DNA from: Octopus sinensis
Lineage: Eukaryota
Direction: 5' to 3'
Length of the DNA: 64,000 nucleotides
NCBI RefSeq assembly: GCF_006345805.1
Contig: NC_042999.1
Coordinates: 86,056,001 to 86,120,000 of the forward strand
Shown here one piece after another: positions 25,894-38,400 of the stretch (the first letter of the stretch is position 1; each line of letters opens with the position of its first letter). The position numbers were made by a program, and so were the translations under genes. The notes under the pieces were generated by a model. It did no database searches. It saw only the letters and a program-made list of their open reading frames with translations, and was not told the origin of the DNA.

Positions 25894-26650
25894 GCACACA
25901 TATAGATGTATATACACACATGCAAACATATCTGTATCTCTTCTACATGTTACGGAGTAAATTCAGGGTATAACGACCTTCTGAGTAATTTAAATATTTC
26001 GCTGATTCTATTTTCTTGATGAAATATTTTTGTAGTCTTCCCAGAAAAAATATTTTTCTAGGAGTATTGGAAGGCCATAAATATAAACGCAGAAACGTGC
26101 ATTTTGGATGTTCTTGGTGAACACCGCACATCCCCCAATGTCAGTAATTTTTCTGTCTAATTATTTTTTTTCTTGTAGTACCATCATAAAGTTTGACTGT
26201 ACGCTGCTTTAAAACCTAAATAAAACATTCAGAAACAAAGATTTAGGATAGGATGAAGTCTAATTTATGTATAGAAAGGATATAGAATTTGTTTATTTAT
26301 ACTTATGTCAGTGTAGAATTTTCAGCACATTGACACTCTCTGTGGCTATAGCTACTATGTTGTTAATAAGTAGTAACCAATTTCTTCTTCAATGATAATA
26401 TTAAGTACTGGGTTTATAGAAAAAGAGGTCCTTAGTATTAAAAGTACTAACCAATACCATATTAGGAAGGATTCCTTCATCATCATTTCTGATTCTCAAG
26501 GCCGGACTAGTTCTGAGTTCAAGATATGTTCTTTGAGGTCGTGTAAAAGATCGCACTTTCTTAGTACAGACACATATAAATCAGCTTCTTAATAAACGAA
26601 GATTGTTTAATAAATACATTTGTATGTATTAGACGTAGACTTTGTCTATA
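25537..26650. mobile_element. Putative non-autonomous DNA transposon with 86-bp terminal inverted repeats
   Basis: 25537-25622 and 26565-26650 are reverse complements with 2 mismatches; both start with TA. Confidence 0.7.
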
Positions 26651-26752
26651 CAACGGAAAAGAATTAAGCAACCACTAGATGGGAAGAAAAATAAATTCAC
26701 AAACGTATCTCACTCGTACACACATGCAAACATGTGCTTTTGTGTTTATACA

Positions 26753-26822
<70 letters not shown>

Positions 26823-27291
26823 TATATATATATACGTAATGTTTGTGCACATGCAAACATATACACGCGCATTGTGAAGACACATATATGCTTGGGTGTA
26901 TGTGTGTATGGAGGCATATGCATGTTTGTGATTGTGTACGTATATGTATGCATACATGTGTATGTGTGTGTTCGTAAGGTTGCATGTGTACAAATAGAAA
27001 ATAAACATAATTTTCATTTTATAACAGAGAAGTGGGGAAGAGAGTGCTATAAAGCATTGAAGTGCTCCAACTGAAATGTTCAACAAGAATCAAACGAGGA
27101 GACAGGAACGTAAAAAGAAACAAGTGTAAAGTGAAATACAAAGTGCTAAAATATAAATAAACAGTGACAAACACCATGAAGGAAGGCATCCGGTGAGCTG
27201 AGACCTCAAGCTAGTTTTCATTTCCGGTTGAAGCGAAAACTTCTCAGCTACGCTACTAATGCCCTCGATAAAAGTCATGGATATGTGCGTG

Positions 27292-27336
<45 letters not shown>

Positions 27337-27337
27337 T

Positions 27338-27380
<43 letters not shown>

Positions 27381-27385
27381 TGTGT

Positions 27386-27429
<44 letters not shown>

Positions 27430-28057
27430 AAGCTTGTTCCTTTCAGTATGTAAATAAATATTATGTTAAAAACGTAACGTTTTCAATTTTTATTTGTTTT
27501 ATATTTACTCTCGTGTATTTGCACTCAGCATTTTGCGTGCCATGTTATATTTGCTCATTGCGTGAAGTTGTCACAATAATTTTGCTTTACATTGTTTTCT
27601 TCGTATAGTTGATGTGTTTGACGTACAAGTGTTACTGGAGTTACGAAGCTATAAAACAATTTATAGTTGCATAAGTGTCAATCGACTTTCGTTTTGGTGT
27701 TCATTCAAAAAGAAACACATTTTACGTTTGGCTAATGTTAGTGAGTTCATTGTCCCCTCGTTTTCGTTTCGTTTTCCTTTCTATTTCCATCTGAATCGAT
27801 TCACCCTCAACCCGAACCCCATACAACAATCAAAGGAATTTGTGTTTTAGCTACTCTGTTCTACTTACAGTTATCTATGTATATGATGTCAACACTTAAG
27901 CTGTTCTAACTATGCTAAGATTTCCGTATTTGTTCCTAATGAATCTTAAAATTCTGCAGTTCACTTAAACTTTACTTTTTAACATCCTTTTCATTAATGG
28001 CTTAACAATAATACGTTCTTTAATCCGATTCATTAACTTCTTCCCGTTTATAGAATA

Positions 28058-28433
28058 TGAGCAAAACACCACCGATGGATGGTGCTGAGTTGTTAAACAT
28101 TTAAACCAAATTTTCTCAAAACAACTTCTCCGACCGTCCCATAAGCCTCCCCTTTGAGAAACACTGATTTAACCTAAATTTGAGACACCAGTAAAAGAAG
28201 GAATAAAGATAGACTTTTTTTCTATTCCAAAGAAAAACGATTTCCCACAGCTTTATCGATCGCATTCTCACCTGGAATCGATTTTTGTAATTTTTTCAAG
28301 ACTTATAGACGCCTCGATACCGTCGGTATCTACATATCAAATTTGAGCGCAATCGGATCAAGATGCCCGAGATCCGAGAAGACATACACACAGACAGACA
28401 GACGGGCAGACAGAACGGATTTTATATAAGAGA
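28058..28433 (-). mobile_element. Non-autonomous Helitron, copy 2
   Basis: A|TC...(GTCT)n...imperfect hairpin...CTCA|T on the minus strand; colinear with 13166-13737 apart from internal indels. Confidence 0.8.
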
Positions 28434-28677
28434 TGTTTCGAAAATAATTGACTAACCAGTACCTTATAGCAACTGACAGCAGCCAACTGCTGTTATAAAT
28501 TTCTGAATGTTTAATAAAATCTTGCTTATAAATTTACTTTTTGTCGTTTCTTGTTTAATAACTCATTAACTTAAAATAATTATATTTATTATGTAGTCAA
28601 TAATTTAAGCATTAATAGAAATATTAAAATTACTAAGTCTCTCTAAAAGAGAACAACGGCAGCGTTCCCGGAAAATA

Positions 28678-28981
28678 TTAGTTATCGCCATACTAATATG
28701 GCATTCTTATAAAAATAAGAATAAAGCTGACCGCTTATTAGCTCCATGAGGCCATCGCCTTAAGTTAGCTATTTGATACACAAACTGTATCCATATAACC
28801 TTTGAACAAGGGAGGTCAGTCGCTCCACACTACTTGGCCGGCAGCTACAGACGCGTTCAAAGGTTATATGGATACAGTTGTATCAAATAGCTAACTTAAG
28901 GCGATGGCCTCATGGAGCTAATAAGCGGTCAGCTTTATTCTTATTTTTATAAGAATGCCATATTAGTATGGCGATAACTAA
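28678..28981. mobile_element. Hairpin MITE (130/127-bp arms, 47-bp spacer, TA flanks)
   Basis: 28678-28807 and 28855-28981 are exact reverse complements except for a 3-nt bulge; TA at 28676-28677 and 28982-28983. Confidence 0.9.
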
Positions 28982-29374
28982 TAATTTAAGCATTATTGTA
29001 CAGAAAATATTATTATTAGCGTATCTTCAATTGTTCTAGATACAATTATCGTTTCAATAACTGATTGTCGTATGAGTATTTCTAAAAAAAAACATGCTTT
29101 CAAACACATCTTGATTTTAACAAAGAATTTGATTTATTTAAATGTTGCAATCATTCTCGCTATTCTTTCTTATTAAAGTTAACATAAGAGGTAAATAATA
29201 AAGGTACATACTACAGTATTTTCCTACTGAATTCCTCCCTTTCTGAAATGGATTCGTCCTTTTCTGAAATGGATTCGTCCTTTTCTCAAAGGAATTCGTC
29301 CTTTTCTCAAAGGAATTCGTCCCTTTAATATTATAGTCCGATTTATAAAACATAATAGTTTCAACACTTTTAAC

Positions 29375-30650
29375 ATGCCAAACAAGACACACAAGAAAGT
29401 ATCTGAGAAGGATAAAAAAAGAATATTTTCTGCTTTCAGAAACAGCGAAAATTTGAAATCGTTGCCCCGCGCCCTTGATATATATTTCTTTACTACCCAC
29501 AAGGGGCTAAACATAGAGGGGACAAACAAGGACAGACAAAGGGATTAAGGCGATTACATCGACCCAGTGCGAAACTGGTACTTTATTTATTCTCCCCGAG
29601 AGGATGAAAGGCAAAGTCGACCTCGGCGGAATTTGAACTCAGAACGTAACGACAGACGAAATACCGCTAAGCATTTCGCCCGGCGCGCTAATGTTTCTGC
29701 TAGCTCGCCGCCTCCTTGATATTAACTATAGTATAGTCAAGGCAATTGCGCAAAAAGATTATTCCCCAAAGAAAAAACGTGGGCACCGACAGCGAAAAAT
29801 CAAGGAAAATCATTAACAATTTTTACAAGAATCAATTAATGATGACCCAACTGAGAGAACTTTTACATGAGAAATTCGATTATCAACTATTGATCACTAT
29901 CTTGACGGCTTTGGATACACTCTGAAAGAACTAATAATTCGCCCTCAAGAACGAAATAGCGAAAACAAAAAAAGGAGCGATGTTATTACGCAAAATGGCT
30001 TCAAGATAATGGATTGCCCATTCATCGCGTATGCATTGATGAAACAAATTACATTTGGATTTCAAGGTAAACAATTAATATATTTTCTAAATATTTATAT
30101 AAAATTTTTGTTTCTGAAATATTTTTGCGATCTACTTTATTTTGAAGGTCGATGGGCAGAGCATACCGTGGAGTCCTTTTACTAAAAGGGCAAATCTAAA
30201 CATTATTACCGCTATGGATATGTCGAGTTTTATCCAATTCGAAACATTTAAGAAGATCACAGCTTCTGAATTTAACAGCTTTTTACATCAATGTTCACTA
30301 AAGATCGCTGCGACTACATCAGATCTTATCATATTTATTATGGACAATGCGTGCATCCATAAACGTGTCGATGAAGTTGATCTCGCGCCACAACATACGG
30401 TTAAATATCTAACTCCTTATTCCCCAATGTTTAATCCCATTGAGGAAATATTTAACGAATTGAAATCTTTTGTGAAGCACTATATACAGTCATAAAAATG
30501 ATTTCTACAACAGACCAGAAAATTTACCCATGACGATTCATAGAGCGAATATTTTAAAAACAGCAATGTATCTTGCTGTAAATTGTGCAAGATATGATCG
30601 ACATCAAACATTTTCATCCTACAAGCATTGAATATGAAGGATTTGTGAAA
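29375..30650 (+). pseudogene. DDE_3-type transposase pseudogene with SINE insertion, frameshifts and an 81-bp GT-AG intron (30067-30147)
   Basis: MPNKTHKKVSEKDKKRIFSAFRNSENLKSLPRALDI[SINE]NYSIVKAIAQKDYSPKKKRG...STIDHYLDGFGYTLKEL...CIDETNYIWIS|RSMGRAYRG...IMDNACIHK...LTPYSPMFNPIEEIFNELK. Confidence 0.85.
29482..29713 (-). mobile_element. Young SINE family A copy inserted in the transposase, 9-bp TSD
   Basis: TSD CCTTGATAT at 29473-29481 and 29714-29722; removing the insert restores the reading frame ...ALDINYS.... Confidence 0.93.
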
Positions 30651-31890
30651 TATTCATGATTACAAGCATTTTAAAATAAATTTAAATCGTTTTAAGTTTA
30701 GTCTTTGTTTATTTTTTTACTATTTTCGTGCTAAGATACTATTTTGTATATTTGTTTAAACTTATAGGTGTCTAATTTTTTAAATATTTAAGATCTAAAT
30801 TGGCTTTGATATCAAAGTGACGAATTAATTTCAGAAAAGGACGAATTCATTCGAGAAAGGGACGAATCATTTGAGAAAGAGTGAGGCGCAGTGAGTTAAT
30901 AAACGCTACACACTGTAGTAATGATACTGTAATAATAACGTAGGGAAGACACAAGCGAGTGAGTAAATCAGAAGTGCATGCTCAAAACATAATGTTTGAC
31001 TCATATAACAGAAATAAATTAGGATGGCTGAGTAACTTAAATAAAAGAACATAAATAATAAAACAAGCAAAAACAATGTAACTGTTTTAACTCAGTTCCT
31101 ACCAATATTTAATACAGTTAGAATTAAGACATAATCTTATATATAATGTTGAGAAAGCAACCTGAACAAAATATTAAAATAATCCATGATGGTTTTATTC
31201 AGTATATGACAATATACTCAGGTCATGAACACCGGGCATTACAGGAATGAGCAAAACAAGAACCCTCAAGTACAACATGGAGGCTGCTGAGAAAGCACCG
31301 GATGAAACGAGGTAAACGGTGGGATCACAAGACACAAGTCTAGGTTTGATGAATCTGAGTTGGGATGCCTGGACAAAGGTGTACGTTGTAAGATCCGAAG
31401 CGCACAGTGGCACCAGGATACAGTACTGACGAGATGCCCAAGTGTTACATTTATTATTTCAATATATGTATATTTTGAACTAATAATTAATTGCTTCCAA
31501 CTGATCTAAGTGATTAATTGGAGCAAAGAAAGCAATGACGAAATGGAAATAAGGCGGTTTGTGTAACAACAATAATCTAAATTTGTAAGCTGTCTGATCA
31601 TGCTCCTTCCCCAAAATACACAGAAAGTGTGTTTTAAAATACTGAAATCACAGTCATCTGAGACATGCAGATACTGATTAAGATATAGTGGAGAATACTC
31701 CTGACATAGTCATCAAAGGCTCATGGATGATACTTGATATGAGTATTCATGAGAGCCTTGGGATTGCTAAAAAAAGGAATACCCAGAAGAAATCTCTCCT
31801 AATTCCACCACACATCCAGAAAATTTATCAGTATGGAATATTTTATACGTTGCTGGAATACACCTCATATGTTAATAATAATTATATATA

Positions 31891-31939
<49 letters not shown>

Positions 31940-32302
31940 AATAAGCTGTTATGTGTATAGGCCTGTTATAATTTGTGAATTGTTTATAATGCATGATCTA
32001 TTTTCATATAATTTGGATAAGATAGTTATGTTGCGAGGAGGATAAGAATATGTTGCTTCCAGACTGATAGTTTGTTTGGAAAAAAATGAAAAAGAAATTT
32101 TGGTCTCTGACAAAGGGTCAGTCCTTAAACACTAGCCTTACAACATATCCACAGCATACAAAATTATCCACCAAAAATCTCTGCAACGAGATTTTTGGTG
32201 ACGCAGGCAACGACCATGATGATGACGACGACGATGAAAAACTCTCACCACCATAACCACTACTAGTCCTACTACCACCACCACCACCAACCATCACCAT
32301 CA

Positions 32303-32333
<31 letters not shown>

Positions 32334-32922
32334 CCACCACTAATTTCCGTGGACACTTAATTTTTTTATATAATCGTGGATATAAAACGTTTGCGTGACT
32401 ATTAACCTCTAGATTTATTAGTTCATGAAGAGTAAAACCAATAATAAAGGATAGACAGCCGCCTCCACCAATGACTACACCTTACATACATACATACATA
32501 CAAACACACACACACACACATATATATATACATACACACACACATACATACATACATACGTACATACATACATACATACATACCCCACCCACTTATATAC
32601 ATTAGACTAGCGATTTCGATTATGCTTCGGAAGTGACCTGAACACATAACATTGATAAGCCGCATATACGGCGAAATACATTATCTGTCGTATTCGTGAT
32701 CACTGTTGGGGCAATTTCGTGTCACCCAGCGCTGAAATATAATGTTTTCTTTTTAACACAATGTTTTTCTAGTTTGGTATTCAAAACATGAAAATATACC
32801 ACAACTCAGCGACTCGCGATTTTTAAAACAATCTTTGCGAACATAGATACTCACTATCGAAATTATAAAATATTCATATACCAAAGACAAAATACATGCA
32901 AAAAACATATTGGTTTCAAATT

Positions 32923-33125
32923 TTGGTAAAGGCCGGCTAGTTCGGGGGAGGAGGTAAGTTTATTGCATCGACTCAAGTCCACAACTAGTACTTATTTTAT
33001 CGACCTCGAAAGGATGAAGGGGAAAGTCGACCTCGGCAGAACATGAACTGAGAACGTAAAGTGCCGGAAGAAATGTCGTTAAGCATTTTGTATGGTGTGC
33101 TAACGATTCTACCAGTTCGCCACCT

Positions 33126-33126
<1 letters not shown>
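32923..33126 (-). mobile_element. SINE family A
   Basis: Full core; abuts a (CTA)n tract at 33126-33184. Confidence 0.85.
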
Positions 33127-33184
<58 letters not shown>

Positions 33185-33187
33185 ACA

Positions 33188-33265
33188 ATAATCCTTTTTA
33201 CTAAAGGCACAAGGCCTGAAATTTGGGGAGGGGAGGGGACTAGTAGTTTATATCGACATCAGTGC
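33188..33265 (-). mobile_element. SINE family A 3' end only
   Basis: AAAGGCACAAGGCCTGAAATTTGGGGAGG...ATCGACATCAGTGC. Confidence 0.7.
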
Positions 33266-33269
33266 AGAA

Positions 33270-34710
33270 GGTTATTATTTTCAGAGACATATCTGGGTGT
33301 GCGTGGCTTATATGGTATTTGTTGAGGGTAATCATCTAGAGATGGTTTGAATACTGCCGTTTTTGCTGCTGTCGATGCTGGTTGCTTCTCTGCTGTTGTT
33401 TCCACTATTGTTCTTGGAGATGTTGCTGTTACTGCTGTCGTGCTTCTGTGATCGCAGTTGCTGCTACGACTGTTACTGTTGTTTTTGAAGCTGCAGCCAC
33501 CTGCTTCTGCTGTTGCTGTTGTTGTGCAGGTGGAAAAGCGCAGGTCTCTCTTCTTTCTTTTGTGGTGGGCAGAAAGCCTTTAGATCGTTTGTGTCCCCAC
33601 ACAGTTGACAATTTGGCTTTCTGCCCTCAACAGCCACGTGTAGTTTTGAGCCATCCGGTAGGCTTATATAATCCGGGACATTTTTCACACTTGCTGATCA
33701 GTTTGTATTAGCTGCATCCCTTGACAAAACCAGATCTGCTTGTGAATCTTATGGATTTGCAGAATCTTGGTTTCCTCCTCTATGTTTAGGAGAATTGCAG
33801 CTACTAACCAGTAGATGATAATTTCTGGTGGAATATTGAGTATGCTGATTCTGTATACTCTACGTCCCAGGTAGGTGGGTATAAGAATTATTTCATCACT
33901 CGTCAGAATGGCTGTCGAATGACTTTTTGCTTCCTTCTCTGAAGCGAACCTCACCTCGACAGTCCCATACTTCTTCCCCCTGGTCACGAAGGTTTTGCTC
34001 TTCCACACCGTTCTCGGGTATTTCTTTAATTGTTGCTATGTCTCTGCTCAACTTTTCTACTTCTCGCTCCAATTATTTTATATAGAACTGTCCACAAACT
34101 GATTTCATGCTGGACAGTCCTGGGAATGTTTAGCGCCACATTTCTGCCACATTTCTTCAACATGCATTTAATATTTCTGAACTTATTTTCATCTAAGAAA
34201 ATATCTTCACTCACGTGTCGGCTGCTTGCGCGAACTCGAAATCGTTCCGATTGGATTTGCTTGAGTCGATTTCATTGTTTTTCGTCAGTCATATCGGCGA
34301 CGGTGATGGTGGTGGAGTTGGACCTGCTGCTGCTACTACGAGGTGGACTTTGTACTTTTTCTACAGCATTTTCTCCTCCCCTTCTCCTGTATTATTGCCA
34401 GTAAAAGAGGAAGGGGAGGGAACTCTTCATCAGTCACTAGACCTGCGGGTGGGGTAGTTTTTTCTTAACTCTTTCAGGATAGGATCTGCCATCTTGTTGA
34501 ATTATATGTGATTAAACACCCACCGAACTTATTTCTGGGTGGGTGGAGCGAATATAACCCGCAAGGGGGCAAACAAGCGCAGAAACCCAGTGGCAGTTTC
34601 CTGGTGTTTCTATTAACAACAGGGAACAAAATGTAAACCGAGAAAACGGCACCAAACGGGTGTAAACAAACGTTTTCAAACAGACTTACTTGGAGCGATG
34701 TACTCCGCAG
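33270..34710 (-). mobile_element. Retrotransposon 5' UTR + ORF1 (RRM-like region and CCHC knuckle), no ORF2 seen
   Basis: Broken minus frames: MADPILKEL..., GTVEVRFASEKEAK...IPTYLGRR..RISILNIPPE, PDYISLPDGSKLHVAVEGRKPNCQLCGDTNDLKAFCP (C-x2-C-x4-[H>D]-x4-C). Confidence 0.75.
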
Positions 34711-34711
34711 C

Positions 34712-34789
34712 AAATATAATAATAATAATAACGATACTGATAATAATAATAATAATAATGATGATGATGATAATAATAATAATAATAAT

Positions 34790-34839
<50 letters not shown>

Positions 34840-34850
34840 AATAATAATGT
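34712..34850. repeat. (TAA)n/(TGA)n compound microsatellite (tail of the adjacent SINE)
   Basis: Directly visible. Confidence 0.95.
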
Positions 34851-34858
34851 TTCGAATC

Positions 34859-35052
34859 TTGCCACAAGAGCAGCAATTTTGAGGGAGTGATGAGTCGATT
34901 ACATCGACCCCAGTCTCCAACAGGTACTTATTTTATTAACCCCGAAAGGATGAAGGGTAAAGTCGACATCGGCGGAATTTGAATATAGCGACAAGCGAAA
35001 TACCGCAAAGCATTTCGTCCTGCGCGCTAACGAGTCTGCCTCCGCGCCGCCT
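34859..35052 (-). mobile_element. SINE family A
   Basis: Full core; (TAA)n on both sides. Confidence 0.88.
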
Positions 35053-35059
35053 TAATAAC

Positions 35060-35104
<45 letters not shown>

Positions 35105-35440
35105 CACAAAAACTACAACACTCTTCATTGGCTGCCAAAAACATTTAGGATGTATGCGGTTTAGAACTCAAAACAGAGATTCAAAGACTCTTGACTTGCA
35201 CTACAGTGTTACAGATTTCCCATCAAAACATACAATGAAACAGTATAACGAAGTGGCATACATTATGTAACTCCAGAATATATGGAGATTGTCTCTTATT
35301 GGAAATGGAGTAAAGGGAGTATGGAAATTGAAAAAAAAAAGGAGCATCCGTGGGAAATATGTAGACAAAGGTACAACCAAAATACAAGAACTTACAAAAC
35401 TGCGTAACGTAGAAAACATCACTGTACACACATTAGTAGC
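35105..35440 (+). mobile_element. Possible decayed RLE-LINE C-terminal fragment
   Basis: KQYNEVAYIM (cf. RHN.VA.II) and KY...QELTKLRN...V.TLV; starts right after (TAA)n at 35053-35103. Confidence 0.4.
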
Positions 35441-37394
35441 ATACTTAGAATTTAATAGAAAATAGGAAACAAAGTGAAAAAAAGAAGAAAAAAGCGCTCA
35501 CACGCTTTGTTTATTGAAAAATAATAATGCTTGCTGCGATAAACTATACTTTGAGGTTCAATAACGTAACGAATTTGCTCTACATGAAACGAACCATCCC
35601 ATTTCAACTGCTTCAAGTTCTTCCATTTATCTTAGAAAATGATAATGTGAAAAATAGTGTGGAAGAAGCATACAAACCGACAGCCAAATTGTAAATCGTT
35701 TTTTTTATGTGATTAACACAAGAATACCGTACTAATTATCATTACAACAATATGATATGATTATGTTTTGCAAAAGTGAGCTAAAAGAATTAGAAATTAC
35801 ACTAATCTAGCTTTCGTGTCAAAAACATTATTGCAGTATATCACCCCATCTTTAATGTGATGTATACCCTTTCGACTGTGAAGATGCAGGAATCTGACAA
35901 TGAAATGAAACAGATTGATCAACGGAGCAGAGGATTTGGAATGGCAGGGAAGAGATACCATCTAGGAACTTCCCAAATTAGCATTCGACAAATCGATGAG
36001 AGTAAACTGCGTGTGTAAAAGGTGTCTGAATGAGAATGAAAACTGAATATAGTGACTTAACCAAATTTTCGGATCGACCCGAACCCTGTAAATGGATTTG
36101 GGTAGAAGGAAATAGTGCAGAAACCTGTCAGACTAACTATATCCGTAATTCAAAGGTCCAGCCTTGTCACACTGACTCTACTTGAGAATTACGTTCAGTA
36201 ATTTTGCACGATAATTCAATGAATAGGCTATTCACTTCATCGAACATCTACTCAGAACTAAGGTTTTTTGTAAAATTAACGTTACTACCGATTCTTTTGT
36301 AACCGTGGTTCTTAGAATCCATTCTGTGATATTTCTACATTTAGAGGGTCATTTGGTGATGTGTCTGATGAAAGATGCATCCGTTTTTGCATAATTATTC
36401 CTAATTCTCATATTCTTTTCTACTCTAGATACAAGGCCCGAAATTTTTGGGGAGGGGGCAGTCGATTAGATCGACCCCAGTACGCAACTGGTACACACAC
36501 ACACACACACATATATATACACACATACGCACATATATATGTTAGATAAATAAGTATATACATAAACACGCACACGCATATATGTCCATTATCCGTTAGA
36601 TTGGCCGAGAGTACCTGATAGCTTATACCTGATAGCGTGATCATAAATTATAGTGAACCTAGGATCGTGCTTTTGCATACATTATATGTTACAAGGGAAT
36701 TGACAGAGAGAAACTGTCGCCGGCAATAGATTGATTTCTATCCTGTAAAAGCCAAGAACGAAGCACCAAGTTTTCCCCGGATACCAAAATCTCTTAATCT
36801 TATCAAAAACTTTAGCTATATTTCATGATTTATAAAGTCAGTACCGATTTGAGGATTGCCGAGGGTAATGTAATGGCAATATCGTGGTTGTATCATGCAA
36901 CATCATCCTGTTCGAAAACCGTTCTGTGTATAAGTTAACAGAATGTTTTCCTTAGGAGTATTCCCCTTTTTAGACGATGCGTTCTACTATCTTAAATGTA
37001 TGGGATACAAGAGAAACAAGTCTAATTTGTAACTTCAACCCTGCTACTTACTTTGTAGATCGGTTTTAGTGCTGCGTCTTTCCGCAGATCTTATAATAGT
37101 CAGGTCTTTAGAGTTTTGGAATGATATCTTTAATGGCATAAAATACTGGTAGTCTTTCATGTCCGAGAAAGATAGTTCTGCAATCAAATGTTTGTGCTCC
37201 ACATAAGTTTGTTCTTTCCATGAAATCGACATTGCCTGTACAAACGTAGTAGCGTATCACACGTCATATGTCGAAGTGATCACATAACAATGTTGCAGTA
37301 AGGCTATTTTTTAACGTGTTTTGTAGCTCGGCTCAGAGACCATGAAGTTTTGTGCAGAGGTTGGATCCATATAATGAATAGCTACACGTATGAA

Positions 37395-37717
37395 GGCGCG
37401 TGGCTTAGTGGTTAGGATATTCGACTCACGATCGAAAGGCCGAGAGTTCGATTCCCAGCCGTACATTATGTCTTTGAGCAAGACACTTTTATTCCACATT
37501 GTTTCAGTCCACTCAGCTGACAAAAAATGAGCACTACCTGTAATTCAAAGGACCAGCCTTGTCACATTCTGTGCCACGCTGATTCTTCCTGAGAACTACG
37601 TTCAGAGTACGCATGTCTGTGGAGATTTCAGCCACTTGCACGTTAATTTCACTATCAGGGGGATTCCGCTGATCGGATCAATTGGAAGCGTCATCGTTGT
37701 AACCGACGGAGTGCCAG
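37395..37717 (+). mobile_element. tRNA-derived SINE (family B, long-tail type), full length
   Basis: A box TGGCTTAGTGG (37401-37411), B box GTTCGATTCC (37446-37455), core TTGAGCAAGACAC. Confidence 0.9.
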
Positions 37718-38026
37718 TTGACATGTATGAGATCTTCCATAGTATCTTCCATAGTATCTTCTCGCTGTGTCTCCGCACTTGAATTCAGGATGTGAAGAAT
37801 TCGCTTGAACTTTATACTATATGCTGATCATCGGAAGGAAGAAAGCGTTATTGTACTATTGTCCCAAAGTTTATGTATTATGAGGACTCAGTGTATGATC
37901 CTTAGTGATCCATTAGAGGACCAGTCTCTTTACTTTGTTTTTCAAACGGAAGAACTCGAGATTAGGTTTTAGATTTTACCTCTTCTTTTCTGTCTATCGC
38001 CATTAAGCTTTCTTTTCTTGACCCAG

Positions 38027-38400
<374 letters not shown>

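Larger units (their letters stand above)
29211..30918 (+). mobile_element. IS630/Tc1/mariner-superfamily DNA transposon (pseudogenised, near full length)
   Basis: Termini TA|CTACAGT...ACTGTAG|TA; 21-bp subterminal repeats at both ends in inverted orientation; transposase from ATG 29375 (HTH-like N-terminus) through IDETN, MDNACIH and YSPMFNPIEE. Confidence 0.9.

Noticed and set aside
29230-29325. Regular 21-bp repeats that could suggest a CRISPR-like array
   Set aside because: They are contiguous tandem units with no spacers, mirrored at the other end of a Tc1-like element, in eukaryotic DNA.
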